From positions 3,871 through 67,870 of the forward strand of contig CAIYOY010000145.1 in the NCBI GenBank assembly GCA_903927905.1: a stretch of 64,000 nt of DNA, in the 5' to 3' direction. Below are positions 8,431 to 16,650 of this stretch, piece by piece. Origin of the DNA: an uncultured Verrucomicrobiales bacterium (GTDB lineage: Bacteria > Verrucomicrobiota > Verrucomicrobiia > Limisphaerales > Palsa-1400). The notes beneath the pieces are model-generated. The model saw nothing but the letters and a program-made list of their open reading frames with translations. It ran no database searches and was not told the DNA's origin. Position numbers and translations under genes: made by a program. Position 1 is the stretch's first letter, and each line of letters starts with the position of its first letter.

Positions 8431-8635
8431 TTAGGGTTCCTTCTCGAAGCTTTCCTGATTTGTTTTCGCTTTCGGCCTCTTCAAACAAGAAATCAAGTTT
8501 GCCGCTGGCGGAATCTCTGTCCATCTGCCGATCCCATTCTGCATTACGGCGCTTATCCAGCCAGGCAGTCAATCGGGAGTAATCTCCCGGCGACAACAGC
8601 TCAATCTCGCGTTCGATTTGTTCGACCGTAATCAC
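8393..8635 (-). CDS. Small antitoxin-like hypothetical protein (orphan)
   Basis: MITVEQIEREIELLSPGDYSRLTAWLDKRR...DSASGKLDFLFEEAESENKSGKLRE resembles short helical antitoxin-type proteins. There is no adjacent toxin. The 3' end overlaps the convergent ORF 7969-8430 by 38 nt. Confidence 0.4.
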   Translation of the reverse strand: MITVEQIEREIELLSPGDYSRLTAWLDKRRNAEWDRQMDRDSASGKLDFLFEEAESENKSGKLREGTLITSHCHPPTATT

Positions 8636-8679
8636 AAGGGAAAATTATCGGTTTTTGGCAGAAATTCAAGCCTCATTTC

Positions 8680-9810
8680 CTACGGAATCCCCACCAAACT
8701 TAACGGCAGCCGGATCGCTTTGACCCGATAATAATCCGGATTCATGCGTCCGTCTTTACAGGTTGGGAAACAGGGGTCGTAACCGTTGATTGAGTAGGTC
8801 ACCAGAATTTCATTCTTGGAATTGACCGATTCAGGGTGCGCCTCCGGCAGATAAAAAAACGGATAATGTCCATCCACCACATCGTCAATTTCATAAATCT
8901 TTTGCGGCGGAGAAAACGGACCCGTCAGGTTCGTGCTGACGCTGGCATAGATCGCCTTGCCTTGATCGCAGGCGATGCTGAAGGCGGAACTGAGCGCCAG
9001 CCAGCGGCCATTGACTTTACACACACTCAACGAAGTGGACGCTCCATAACCGATGGCCTTTGCCTGGGAAACCGCCGCCGTCCAGCGTTTGCCATCCCAG
9101 AAAGTCCAGCGCCCCTCGGGTCGGATGGACAAAAACCGCGCCACGCAAATATTGTTGTCCTTCTTGCCTGCCTTGACCCCGAACGTATAAGTATAGCCAT
9201 CTGCCTCTTGACTGAAACCGCAGCCAAATTCAATGTCCCTGAAATTCTGCAACCGACTGAAGGTGACCGGGACCGATTCCATGTTGCCGTCCGCCGATCC
9301 GGCCAGATCAGATCGCTCAATTTTGGCCCAATGGCGGCTGACCGCCCTGAAATCAAACATTCCGCCCCCCTTCCCTGCCCTTTGTAATTTCATTGTGTAA
9401 ATATAGATGGTGCCGCCCGTTGATTGAAATCCGGCTTGCGGCCAGAACCAGAGTTTTTCATCGGTTGCGGTCCGAATAAATGATCCCCGTGGATTGCCGC
9501 TGATCAGGGTCGTCGTCCCGTTGCTTTGCTGCAAAAGCGCGGCATTGCGCACCTGAAACAGGCACGGAAGTGTGCCGTTGGTGGGGTTAAGATCGTCAAT
9601 GTGACTGTCGCCAAAGAGCCAAAGCACGGCCCCATCGGAAAGCGGCACGGAAATCCCGCCATCCCCGGCCACCAACCCGTTGGTGCGGCGAAAAAATTCG
9701 GTAAATGCTGCATCCTTGTAGGCCAATGTGGCTGGCTCTGCCGCTTTAGCCATGCCCGCCATCAGCCAGCAAAATAGAAAAAGGATCAATCGCCCAAAAA
9801 TCTTCATCAT
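8680..9810 (-). CDS. Secreted hypothetical protein, beta-propeller glycoside-hydrolase-like (DUF4185/DUF5005-like, uncertain)
   Basis: It has a signal peptide (MMKIFGRLILFLFCWLMAGMAKA). GDGGISVPLSDGAVLWLFGDSHIDD and the C-terminal NPDYYRVKAIRLPL are reminiscent of uncharacterised GH-like propellers. The family assignment is from memory only. Confidence 0.45.
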   Translation of the reverse strand: MMKIFGRLILFLFCWLMAGMAKAAEPATLAYKDAAFTEFFRRTNGLVAGDGGISVPLSDGAVLWLFGDSHIDDLNPTNGTLPCLFQVRNAALLQQSNGTTTLISGNPRGSFIRTATDEKLWFWPQAGFQSTGGTIYIYTMKLQRAGKGGGMFDFRAVSRHWAKIERSDLAGSADGNMESVPVTFSRLQNFRDIEFGCGFSQEADGYTYTFGVKAGKKDNNICVARFLSIRPEGRWTFWDGKRWTAAVSQAKAIGYGASTSLSVCKVNGRWLALSSAFSIACDQGKAIYASVSTNLTGPFSPPQKIYEIDDVVDGHYPFFYLPEAHPESVNSKNEILVTYSINGYDPCFPTCKDGRMNPDYYRVKAIRLPLSLVGIP

Positions 9811-9951
9811 AAATACGGGTTGATGCTAGTCCGAGGGCGCATTGACCGCAAGGGTTTGGAGATTGAAACACATTTTTGATCAAAATCAGTCTTGCCGGGC
9901 CGGTTGATTCGGCGGACAATGATTGCGTCTATTGTTATTGTTTAAGGCCTC

Positions 9952-10965
9952 ATGAAATCACTGCGCAAAGTAAAAGAGCCGGCTGGCGGCGGCCCGGCGG
10001 CAAAGAAGAAAACTACCCGGACCAAAACGCAAACAAAACAGGTCGTCGTGCCAGAGCGCGCCAAGGCCCCGGTCGAACCCGGCTCCGTTCCCCGCGACGA
10101 AGAATTTCCCGCGCCGGAACCGGCCCGCGAAAGATCCGCCTACGACGGCGATACCGCCATCAAACTTTATCTCCGCGAGATAGGCCAGGTGAAACTGCTC
10201 ACGCCGCAGGAGGAAATCGAACTGGCCGCAAAAATCAAAAAAGGCGACAAGAAGGCCCGGGAACAAATGATCAAGGCCAACCTTCGCCTGGTCGTTAAAA
10301 TCGCTCACGACTACGAAAATTACGGCCTTCCTCTCCTCGACTTGATCAACGAAGGCAACATCGGTCTGATGAAAGCCGTCGAGCGCTTCGACCCGGCCAA
10401 AGGCGGCAAACTTTCCACTTACGGTTCCTGGTGGATCAAACAATCCATCAAGCGCGCCCTGGCCAACCAATCCAAGACCATCCGCCTGCCGGTCCACCTC
10501 GTGGACAAAATTTCCAAAATGCGCCGCACGGCGATGAAGTTGCAGGAAGTCTTTGGCCGCGAGCCGACCGACGAGGAATTGGCCGAGGAAATGAACATGT
10601 CCCCGTCGCGCGTCGCGCAGATGCGGACCGCCGCCATTCGCCCGGCCTCGCTCGACGCCCCCATCGGCGATGATGATTCCAATAATTTTGCCGAAGTCGT
10701 CCGGGACGAAAACGCCGATACGCCTTACGAGCAACTCGAAGACAAGACCGTCACCAAGATGTTGCAGGAAATGGTCAAGACCCTCGACGAGCGCGAAAGC
10801 ACCATCCTGCGCTACCGCTTCGGTCTGGATGGCGGGAGTGAGCGGACTTTGGAAGAGGTCGGAGAAAAATTCCACGTCACGCGCGAACGGGTCCGCCAGA
10901 TCCAGAACATCGCCCTCAACAAACTCAAGAAGATGATCGAAAAACTTGAGGCTGTTAAAAAATAA
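9952..10965 (+). CDS. rpoD: RNA polymerase sigma-70 factor, primary-like (group 1/2), short form with a Lys-rich N-terminal tail
   Basis: YLREIGQVKLLTPQEEIELA, NLRLVVKIAHDYENYGLPLLDLINEGNIGLMKAVERFD, STYGSWWIKQSIKRAL and region 4 TLEEVGEKFHVTRERVRQIQNIAL. Confidence 0.8.
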   Translation: MKSLRKVKEPAGGGPAAKKKTTRTKTQTKQVVVPERAKAPVEPGSVPRDEEFPAPEPARERSAYDGDTAIKLYLREIGQVKLLTPQEEIELAAKIKKGDKKAREQMIKANLRLVVKIAHDYENYGLPLLDLINEGNIGLMKAVERFDPAKGGKLSTYGSWWIKQSIKRALANQSKTIRLPVHLVDKISKMRRTAMKLQEVFGREPTDEELAEEMNMSPSRVAQMRTAAIRPASLDAPIGDDDSNNFAEVVRDENADTPYEQLEDKTVTKMLQEMVKTLDERESTILRYRFGLDGGSERTLEEVGEKFHVTRERVRQIQNIALNKLKKMIEKLEAVKK

Positions 10966-10988
10966 CCGACCCGCTACGCTTACCGCCG

Positions 10989-11525
10989 ATGACAACGAAT
11001 CAAGTGACCGTTCCTGATTTGGAACGCGCGATCCGCAACGTGCCCGACTTCCCCAAGCCGGGCATCCAATTCAAGGACATCACTCCGATGCTGGCCGATG
11101 CCCGCCTCTTCGCCGGTTCCATTGATCTATTGACCGCCAATGTCAAACCCGGCTCGGTGGATGCCGTCGTGGGCATTGATGCGCGCGGTTTTATTTTCGC
11201 CGCCGCCGCCGCTTACAAACTGAACTGCGGCGTCATTCCCGTCCGCAAAAAAGGCAAGCTGCCCTTCAAGACGCACGAAGAAAGTTACGACCTCGAATAC
11301 GGTTCCAACACCATCGCCATCCACGTTGACGCCATCAAACCCGGCAGTCGCGTTTTGTTGATTGACGATCTTCTGGCCACGGGTGGAACCGCCAACGCCG
11401 CCGCCAATCTGCTGAAACGTCTCGGCGCAAATATTTTGGAGATCACTTTTCTCATCGAATTGAGTTTCTTGAACGGGCGCGATAAACTCAAGGGCTTCCC
11501 CGTGCGCTCCTTGGTGGTTTACTAA
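10989..11525 (+). CDS. apt: Adenine phosphoribosyltransferase
   Basis: IRNVPDFPKPGIQFKDITP, the PRPP loop VLLIDDLLATGGTA, and a typical length of 178 aa. Confidence 0.93.
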   Translation: MTTNQVTVPDLERAIRNVPDFPKPGIQFKDITPMLADARLFAGSIDLLTANVKPGSVDAVVGIDARGFIFAAAAAYKLNCGVIPVRKKGKLPFKTHEESYDLEYGSNTIAIHVDAIKPGSRVLLIDDLLATGGTANAAANLLKRLGANILEITFLIELSFLNGRDKLKGFPVRSLVVY

Positions 11526-11537
11526 CCGGAGCCTGGC

Positions 11538-13754
11538 GTGAGTGTGTGGCAATCTCTCGACAACTCACTGTTTCATTTCATTAACGCGTCGCTCAGCAAC
11601 CCGCTGTTCGACCGGGCCATGCCGTTCTTCAGCGACACGCCCTTTTTTCCGCTAATCCTTGTCGCGGTCTTGGTTGCGCTGATTGTCAAAGGCGGTGCCA
11701 GAGGACGCATCTGTGCCGTAACTCTCGCGCTCGGACTGGCCCTTGGTGACGGCGTCATGTGCGACACCATCAAACATGCCGTCGGCAGATTGCGACCGTT
11801 CCATGCAATTTTGGATGCTCATGTTTTGGTGGGGCGCGGTGAAAGCTTCAGTATGCCATCGTCGCACGCGGCTAACTGGTTTTGCGCCACCCTGATCACT
11901 TTCATCTATTACCGGCGGAGCATTCGCTTCATGTTGCCCTTGGCCTTGCTGGTCAGCTTTTCCCGAATCTACAACGGCGTCCATTATCCCAGCGATGTCC
12001 TCGCCGGCATGATTCTCGGTGCCGGTTGCGGCGCATTCCTCATCTGGGCCATAAACAGTCTCTGGCAAATCACCGGTCCCCGCTGGTTCCCGATCTGGCA
12101 CCAACGCATGCCTTCTCTTGCCTCCCCTGCCCCACTCTCCACTCCGCACTCTTCACTTTCCACTTCTTCCCACTGGCTCAACCTCGGCTACCTCCTCATC
12201 GCCGCCATCTTCCTCTTCCGCCTCCTCTACCTCGCTGCCGGAAAAATCGAACTCAGCGAAGACGAAGCCTATCAATGGATTTGGTCCAAGCACCCGGCCC
12301 TTTCTTATTTCAGCAAACCGCCGCTCATCGCTTACACCCAATTCCTCGGCACCCATCTTTGGGGCGATAACGAATTCGGCATCCGCTTCTTCTCGCCGGT
12401 GATCGCCGCAATTTTATCTTTCATCATGTTGCGCTTCCTCGCTAAAGAAGCCGGTGGACGCGTGGCCTTCATGTTGTTCATCATCGCCAACGTCACTCCG
12501 CTGCTCGCCCTCGGCACCACCGTCATGACGGTGGACCCGCTCTCGGTGTTATTCTGGAACGCCGCGATGGTCGCCGGTTGGCGGGCCACGCAAACCGACG
12601 CCACCACCCGAAACTGGCTCTGGGTCGGACTTTGGATGGGTCTCGGCTTCCTCAGTAAATACACCAACTTGATGCAATTAATATCCTGGGCGGTTTTCTT
12701 TTGCCTCTGGCCGCCCGCGCGGAAACAACTGGCCAAACCCGGCCCTTATCTGGCCATTTTGATCGTGCTCCTGTCCACCGTGCCGGTCTTGATCTGGAAC
12801 AATGAACACCACTGGATCACTGTCAAACACGTCGCCAGCAATGGTCAATTGGACATGAAATGGCAGCCCTCCCTGAAGTACATGAAGGAATTTATCATGG
12901 TGGAAGGCGGCTTGCTCCACCCGTTTTTCTTTGTGGCTATGATTTGGGCAGCCATCGCCTTCTGGAAAACCGAACGAAAAAATCCCCTGCTCCTTTACCT
13001 TTTCAGCATGGGCGCTCCCGTATTTATTTTTTATTTTCTGTTCACCCTTCACTCCCGGATTCAAGCCAACTGGATCGTCCTGGCCGTCATTCCGCTCTTT
13101 TCCCTCATGGCCGTCTATTGGGATCAACGCTGGCAAAACGGTTGCTGCAAAGTTAAAACCTTCTTCAACATCGCTGTCGCCATCGGACTCTTCGCCGTCA
13201 TCCTCACCTACGACACCAACCTCATCGGCAAACTTCTCCATCATAACCTGCCGCCGAAATTCGACCTGCAACACCGGGTCAAAGGTTGGAAAGAAATCGC
13301 CACCATGGCGAACGACGCGCGCAAAGCGGTCGAAGCGAAAGAACAAAAACCCGCGTTCATCCTGTGCGAACATTACGGTTTTACCGCCCAGATCAGCTTC
13401 TACATCCCCGAGTCAAGAAAACACATCGTGGATGATCCGTTCGTCTATTTCCAAGCCGCGTCCGAACCCCGCAACCAGTTTTATTTCTGGCCTGGCTACG
13501 AAAACCGCCTCGGCCAAAACGCCATCTTCGTCCGCGAAATCGAACGCCCCCCGCTGCGCGACGGCTGGTTTAAAGATTGGCTCAAAGGTGGCAACGACTA
13601 TTACGCTCGGGAAAATCTTATCACCCAGCCATTACCCCCTGAAGTCCGAAGTCATTTCGACACCATCACCGACCTTGGCGTAAAAAACGTCATCCCCTCC
13701 GGCAAAGGCATCGTCCGCCGCATCCAATTGTTTGAATGTCGGAACTTGCACTAG
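11538..13754 (+). CDS. Fusion protein: N-terminal PAP2 lipid phosphatase plus C-terminal ArnT/PMT-like glycosyltransferase (GT39/GT83-type membrane GT)
   Basis: The start is GTG. PAP2 motifs are KHAVGRLRPF, SMPSSHA and SRIYNGVHYPSDV. A Ser/Pro linker (SLASPAPLSTPHSSLSTSS) follows. The GT-C part has ELSEDEAYQWIWSKHPALSYFSKPPL and many TM helices. Confidence 0.8.
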   Translation: MSVWQSLDNSLFHFINASLSNPLFDRAMPFFSDTPFFPLILVAVLVALIVKGGARGRICAVTLALGLALGDGVMCDTIKHAVGRLRPFHAILDAHVLVGRGESFSMPSSHAANWFCATLITFIYYRRSIRFMLPLALLVSFSRIYNGVHYPSDVLAGMILGAGCGAFLIWAINSLWQITGPRWFPIWHQRMPSLASPAPLSTPHSSLSTSSHWLNLGYLLIAAIFLFRLLYLAAGKIELSEDEAYQWIWSKHPALSYFSKPPLIAYTQFLGTHLWGDNEFGIRFFSPVIAAILSFIMLRFLAKEAGGRVAFMLFIIANVTPLLALGTTVMTVDPLSVLFWNAAMVAGWRATQTDATTRNWLWVGLWMGLGFLSKYTNLMQLISWAVFFCLWPPARKQLAKPGPYLAILIVLLSTVPVLIWNNEHHWITVKHVASNGQLDMKWQPSLKYMKEFIMVEGGLLHPFFFVAMIWAAIAFWKTERKNPLLLYLFSMGAPVFIFYFLFTLHSRIQANWIVLAVIPLFSLMAVYWDQRWQNGCCKVKTFFNIAVAIGLFAVILTYDTNLIGKLLHHNLPPKFDLQHRVKGWKEIATMANDARKAVEAKEQKPAFILCEHYGFTAQISFYIPESRKHIVDDPFVYFQAASEPRNQFYFWPGYENRLGQNAIFVREIERPPLRDGWFKDWLKGGNDYYARENLITQPLPPEVRSHFDTITDLGVKNVIPSGKGIVRRIQLFECRNLH

Positions 13755-13755
13755 C

Positions 13756-14601
13756 ATGACCTCCGCCATTTTTCCCGTTCGAGACTACGACCTCGCCGCC
13801 ACTCTTTCCTGCGGCCAGGCCTTCCGCTGGGAACAACAGGACGGCTGGTGGGTCGGGGTCATCGGTTCGCATTGGGTTCGTCTGCGCCAAGAAAAAAATC
13901 AGCTCATCGCTGAAACTGCCCAATCCGTTTCCGATTGGACATGGTTGAAAGAATATCTGCAACTCGATATTTGTTTGAAAGATATTCTCGCCACCTTTCC
14001 AAAAGATGAGCCGATGCAAGCCGCTGTTCGCGTTTGTCATGGATTGCGACTGCTCAAGCAGGAACCGTGGGAATGTCTCGCCTCCTTCATCTGTTCTTCC
14101 AATAAACAAATCGTCCAGATCAAACAAATCATCGCCCAACTCTGCGAACGATTTGGTGATCCGCTGCCCGTTCCGCCCGGCCAAAAGCCCGCCTTCTCCT
14201 TCCCCGGATACGAACGGATCGCCATTGCCTCCGAAGCCGAGTTGCGCGAGTGCAAAATGGGGTTTCGCGCCCCGTACATGCTTCAGACCGCGCAAATGAT
14301 TGCGCGCGGCGAGGTCAGTCTCGCTCGGAAGACGACTCTCGCTGAAATGCGCGAAGAACTCCTGAAATTCCACGGTGTCGGCGTCAAAGTCGCGAATTGC
14401 GCATTGCTCTTTGGCTATGGTTTCGAGCAGGCTTTCCCGGTGGATGTCTGGATCATGAAAGCGCTGCAACAACTTTATTTCCCCAAGCGCCGAGTCAAAT
14501 TAAAACGACTGCACCATTTCAGTGAAACCCATTTCGGCCCTTATTCCGGCTATGCTCAGCAATACCTTTTTCATTACATCCGCACCAAACATGAAACTTG
14601 A
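13756..14601 (+). CDS. ogg: 8-oxoguanine DNA glycosylase / HhH-GPD family DNA glycosylase
   Basis: The N-terminal LSCGQAFRW and the HhH-GPD region LLKFHGVGVKVANCALLFGYGFEQAFPVDVW are present. The ATG lies 2 nt after the stop of the preceding gene. Confidence 0.8.
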   Translation: MTSAIFPVRDYDLAATLSCGQAFRWEQQDGWWVGVIGSHWVRLRQEKNQLIAETAQSVSDWTWLKEYLQLDICLKDILATFPKDEPMQAAVRVCHGLRLLKQEPWECLASFICSSNKQIVQIKQIIAQLCERFGDPLPVPPGQKPAFSFPGYERIAIASEAELRECKMGFRAPYMLQTAQMIARGEVSLARKTTLAEMREELLKFHGVGVKVANCALLFGYGFEQAFPVDVWIMKALQQLYFPKRRVKLKRLHHFSETHFGPYSGYAQQYLFHYIRTKHET

Positions 14602-15346
14602 AGTCCTTTTCACTCCTGCTGAATTTGCGGCTCTCAACCGCCGCGACCTGTCAAAAACCACCTGCGTGGTCTTCGACATCCTTCGCGCCACCACCTCCAT
14701 GACCGCGGCCCTCGCCAACGGTGCGGCCGCAATCTACCCCGTCCTCGAAATCGCCGATGCTGTGGCCTTGCATAAAAAAATGCCGGACGCATTGCTGGCG
14801 GGCGAACGCAACGGCCTGCGCATCACCGCTGCCCAAACCGGCAGTGTGGATTTCGACCTTGGCAATTCGCCGCGCGAATTCACCTCCGAACGAGTGCGTG
14901 GCAAAAACATCATCATGACCACCACCAACGGCACCCGCGCGCTGCAAGCTTGTGCCGGAGCCCAACAAATCCTCGCCGCCTCGTTCTTAAATCTGAAAGC
15001 CACCGCCGCGTTGCTTACGAAAACAAAACCGGAACATCTCCTCCTTGTCTGCGCCGGCACATTTGAAGAAGCGGCTTACGAGGACACTTTGGCTGCAGGA
15101 GCCCTCGCGGAATCAATCGGCTCGCTGTACGAATCGGGCGATTTTACTGATTCCGCCCACATGGCCCGGGACATCTATCGCGCTTGGAGTGGAAATCTCG
15201 AAACCGCTTTTCACCATTCCCGCAACGCCCGCAAAATCCTTTCCGTGCCAGCGTTGCTTGAAGATGTCGCCTTCTGCCGTCAACGCGATCTCTTCGATTT
15301 CTGCGCCATAGTGAAGGACGGGCAAATCATCCGGCACAAAGTTTGA
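14591..15346 (+). CDS. comB: 2-phosphosulfolactate phosphatase family protein (ComB-like)
   Basis: TTCVVFDILRATTSMTAALANGA, GERNG and MTTTNGTRAL match the ComB family. It overlaps ogg by 11 nt. Confidence 0.75.
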   Translation: MKLEVLFTPAEFAALNRRDLSKTTCVVFDILRATTSMTAALANGAAAIYPVLEIADAVALHKKMPDALLAGERNGLRITAAQTGSVDFDLGNSPREFTSERVRGKNIIMTTTNGTRALQACAGAQQILAASFLNLKATAALLTKTKPEHLLLVCAGTFEEAAYEDTLAAGALAESIGSLYESGDFTDSAHMARDIYRAWSGNLETAFHHSRNARKILSVPALLEDVAFCRQRDLFDFCAIVKDGQIIRHKV

Positions 15347-15350
15347 TTAT

Positions 15351-15380
15351 TTTCTTCGTGTTCATTCGTGTCCATTCGTG
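15351..15380. repeat. Three tandem decamers (TYYMTTCGTG) upstream of nagA
   Basis: The units are tttcttcgtg ttcattcgtg tccattcgtg, in the 54-nt comB-nagA spacer. Confidence 0.9.
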
Positions 15381-15400
15381 GTTAAACTCCGAATCACGAT

Positions 15401-16531
15401 ATGAACGATGGTGAGATTTCAGCCTGGCATTTTGCCAACCGCAAACCAGTGCGCCTGCGCTGGAAGGGCGGCGTCATCACCACTCTCGACAAGCCAACCA
15501 CTCCGCCGCCTGCCGATCTGTGGATCGCTCCGCCGTTGTTTGATATCCAGGTCAACGGTTATGGCGGGATTGATTTTCAGCAGGACGATTTTACGACGGA
15601 TGATCTGTTGGGCGCGGTTGAGCAAATGCGGCAATCGGGTTGCGCGCGTTTTTTGATGACGTTCATCACGGATGAATGGGAAGCATTGAAAGATCGGCTG
15701 CGGTTCGCTTGCGATCTGCGGGCGGAAAATCCGGTGCTTAAAACGGCCATTGCCGGATGGCACATCGAGGGGCCTTTTCTTTCCAAGGTTCCGGGTTTTC
15801 ACGGCGCACACAACCCTGCCCTGATGTTGGAGCCGACGGAGAAGCATATCCGTGAATTGCGCGACATCACCGGTGATGATCCATTGTTGCTGACCATTTC
15901 GCCGGAAGTTCCCGGGGCGATCGAGGCCATCGCGCTGGCCGTCTCGCTTGGAATCAAAATCAGTCTTGGTCACACTGATGCTTCGGCTGAAATCATCGGG
16001 CGGGCGATTGACGCGGGGGCCACGGGGTTCACTCATCTGGGCAATGGCTGTCCGCGCGAATTGGATCGGCATGACAATATTCTCTGGCGCGTGCTGGACC
16101 GACCGGAACTGACGGTGAGTGTGATCCCTGATAAAATCCACGTTTCGCCCGCGCTGTTCCGATTGTTTCATCGGGTGATTGACAGGAATCGGATTGTTTA
16201 TACGACCGATGCGATGTCGGCAGCGGGTGCGCCGCCGGGGCGTTACAAGCTGGCGGGGATGGAAGTTGAAGTCGGGGCGGATCAGATCGTGCGGCAGCCC
16301 GGCAAAACTAATTTTGCCGGTTCGGCGTTGAAGCCGATGGATGGAATTTTTCGGGCGGCGCAAATGCTCGGGGTTCCGTGGCAGGACGTGTGGACGCGCT
16401 TCTCGGAGATTCCCGCGCGGTTCATGGGATTGCCGAATAATCTCTCAGTGGGTCTGCCCGCCAATTTTTGCCTGTTAAAAATGGCTGGAGAAAATGAAGT
16501 GGCGGAGTTGAAAGTGATTGCGCCGGAATAA
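15401..16531 (+). CDS. nagA: N-acetylglucosamine-6-phosphate deacetylase
   Basis: DIQVNGYGGIDF, IAGWHIEGPFLS, SLGHTDA, THLGNG and the YTTDAMSAAG amidohydrolase motifs. Confidence 0.88.
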   Translation: MNDGEISAWHFANRKPVRLRWKGGVITTLDKPTTPPPADLWIAPPLFDIQVNGYGGIDFQQDDFTTDDLLGAVEQMRQSGCARFLMTFITDEWEALKDRLRFACDLRAENPVLKTAIAGWHIEGPFLSKVPGFHGAHNPALMLEPTEKHIRELRDITGDDPLLLTISPEVPGAIEAIALAVSLGIKISLGHTDASAEIIGRAIDAGATGFTHLGNGCPRELDRHDNILWRVLDRPELTVSVIPDKIHVSPALFRLFHRVIDRNRIVYTTDAMSAAGAPPGRYKLAGMEVEVGADQIVRQPGKTNFAGSALKPMDGIFRAAQMLGVPWQDVWTRFSEIPARFMGLPNNLSVGLPANFCLLKMAGENEVAELKVIAPE

Positions 16532-16650
16532 ACCGGAGTGCGGACAGGAATGTCCGCAGCAACGTGACTCGCATAAAACGCACAGAAATTAACCAAGCCC
16601 ACTCTACTTTCCACCCTGCTGCGGACAGGAATGTCCGCACTCCGTTTATT
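16527..16650. repeat. Inverted pair of a palindromic unit (GCGGACA-GGAA-TGTCCGC) between convergent genes; probably a bidirectional terminator / REP-like element
   Basis: AATAAACCGGAGTGCGGACAGGAATGTCCGCAGC at 16527-16560 and GCTGCGGACAGGAATGTCCGCACTCCGTTTATT at 16618-16650 are reverse complements apart from the 4-nt loop and a 1-nt indel. A T-run follows. Confidence 0.85.

Noticed and set aside
9958-10995. A 345-aa minus-strand ORF.
   Set aside because: It is antisense to the highly canonical sigma-70 gene (9952-10965) and has no recognisable domains.
12118-12402. Overlapping alternative-frame ORFs inside the PAP2-GT fusion gene (11882-12370, 12118-12402, 12153-12356).
   Set aside because: They arise from the Ser/Pro-rich linker coding region. 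The main frame carries all the PAP2 and GT-C motifs continuously.
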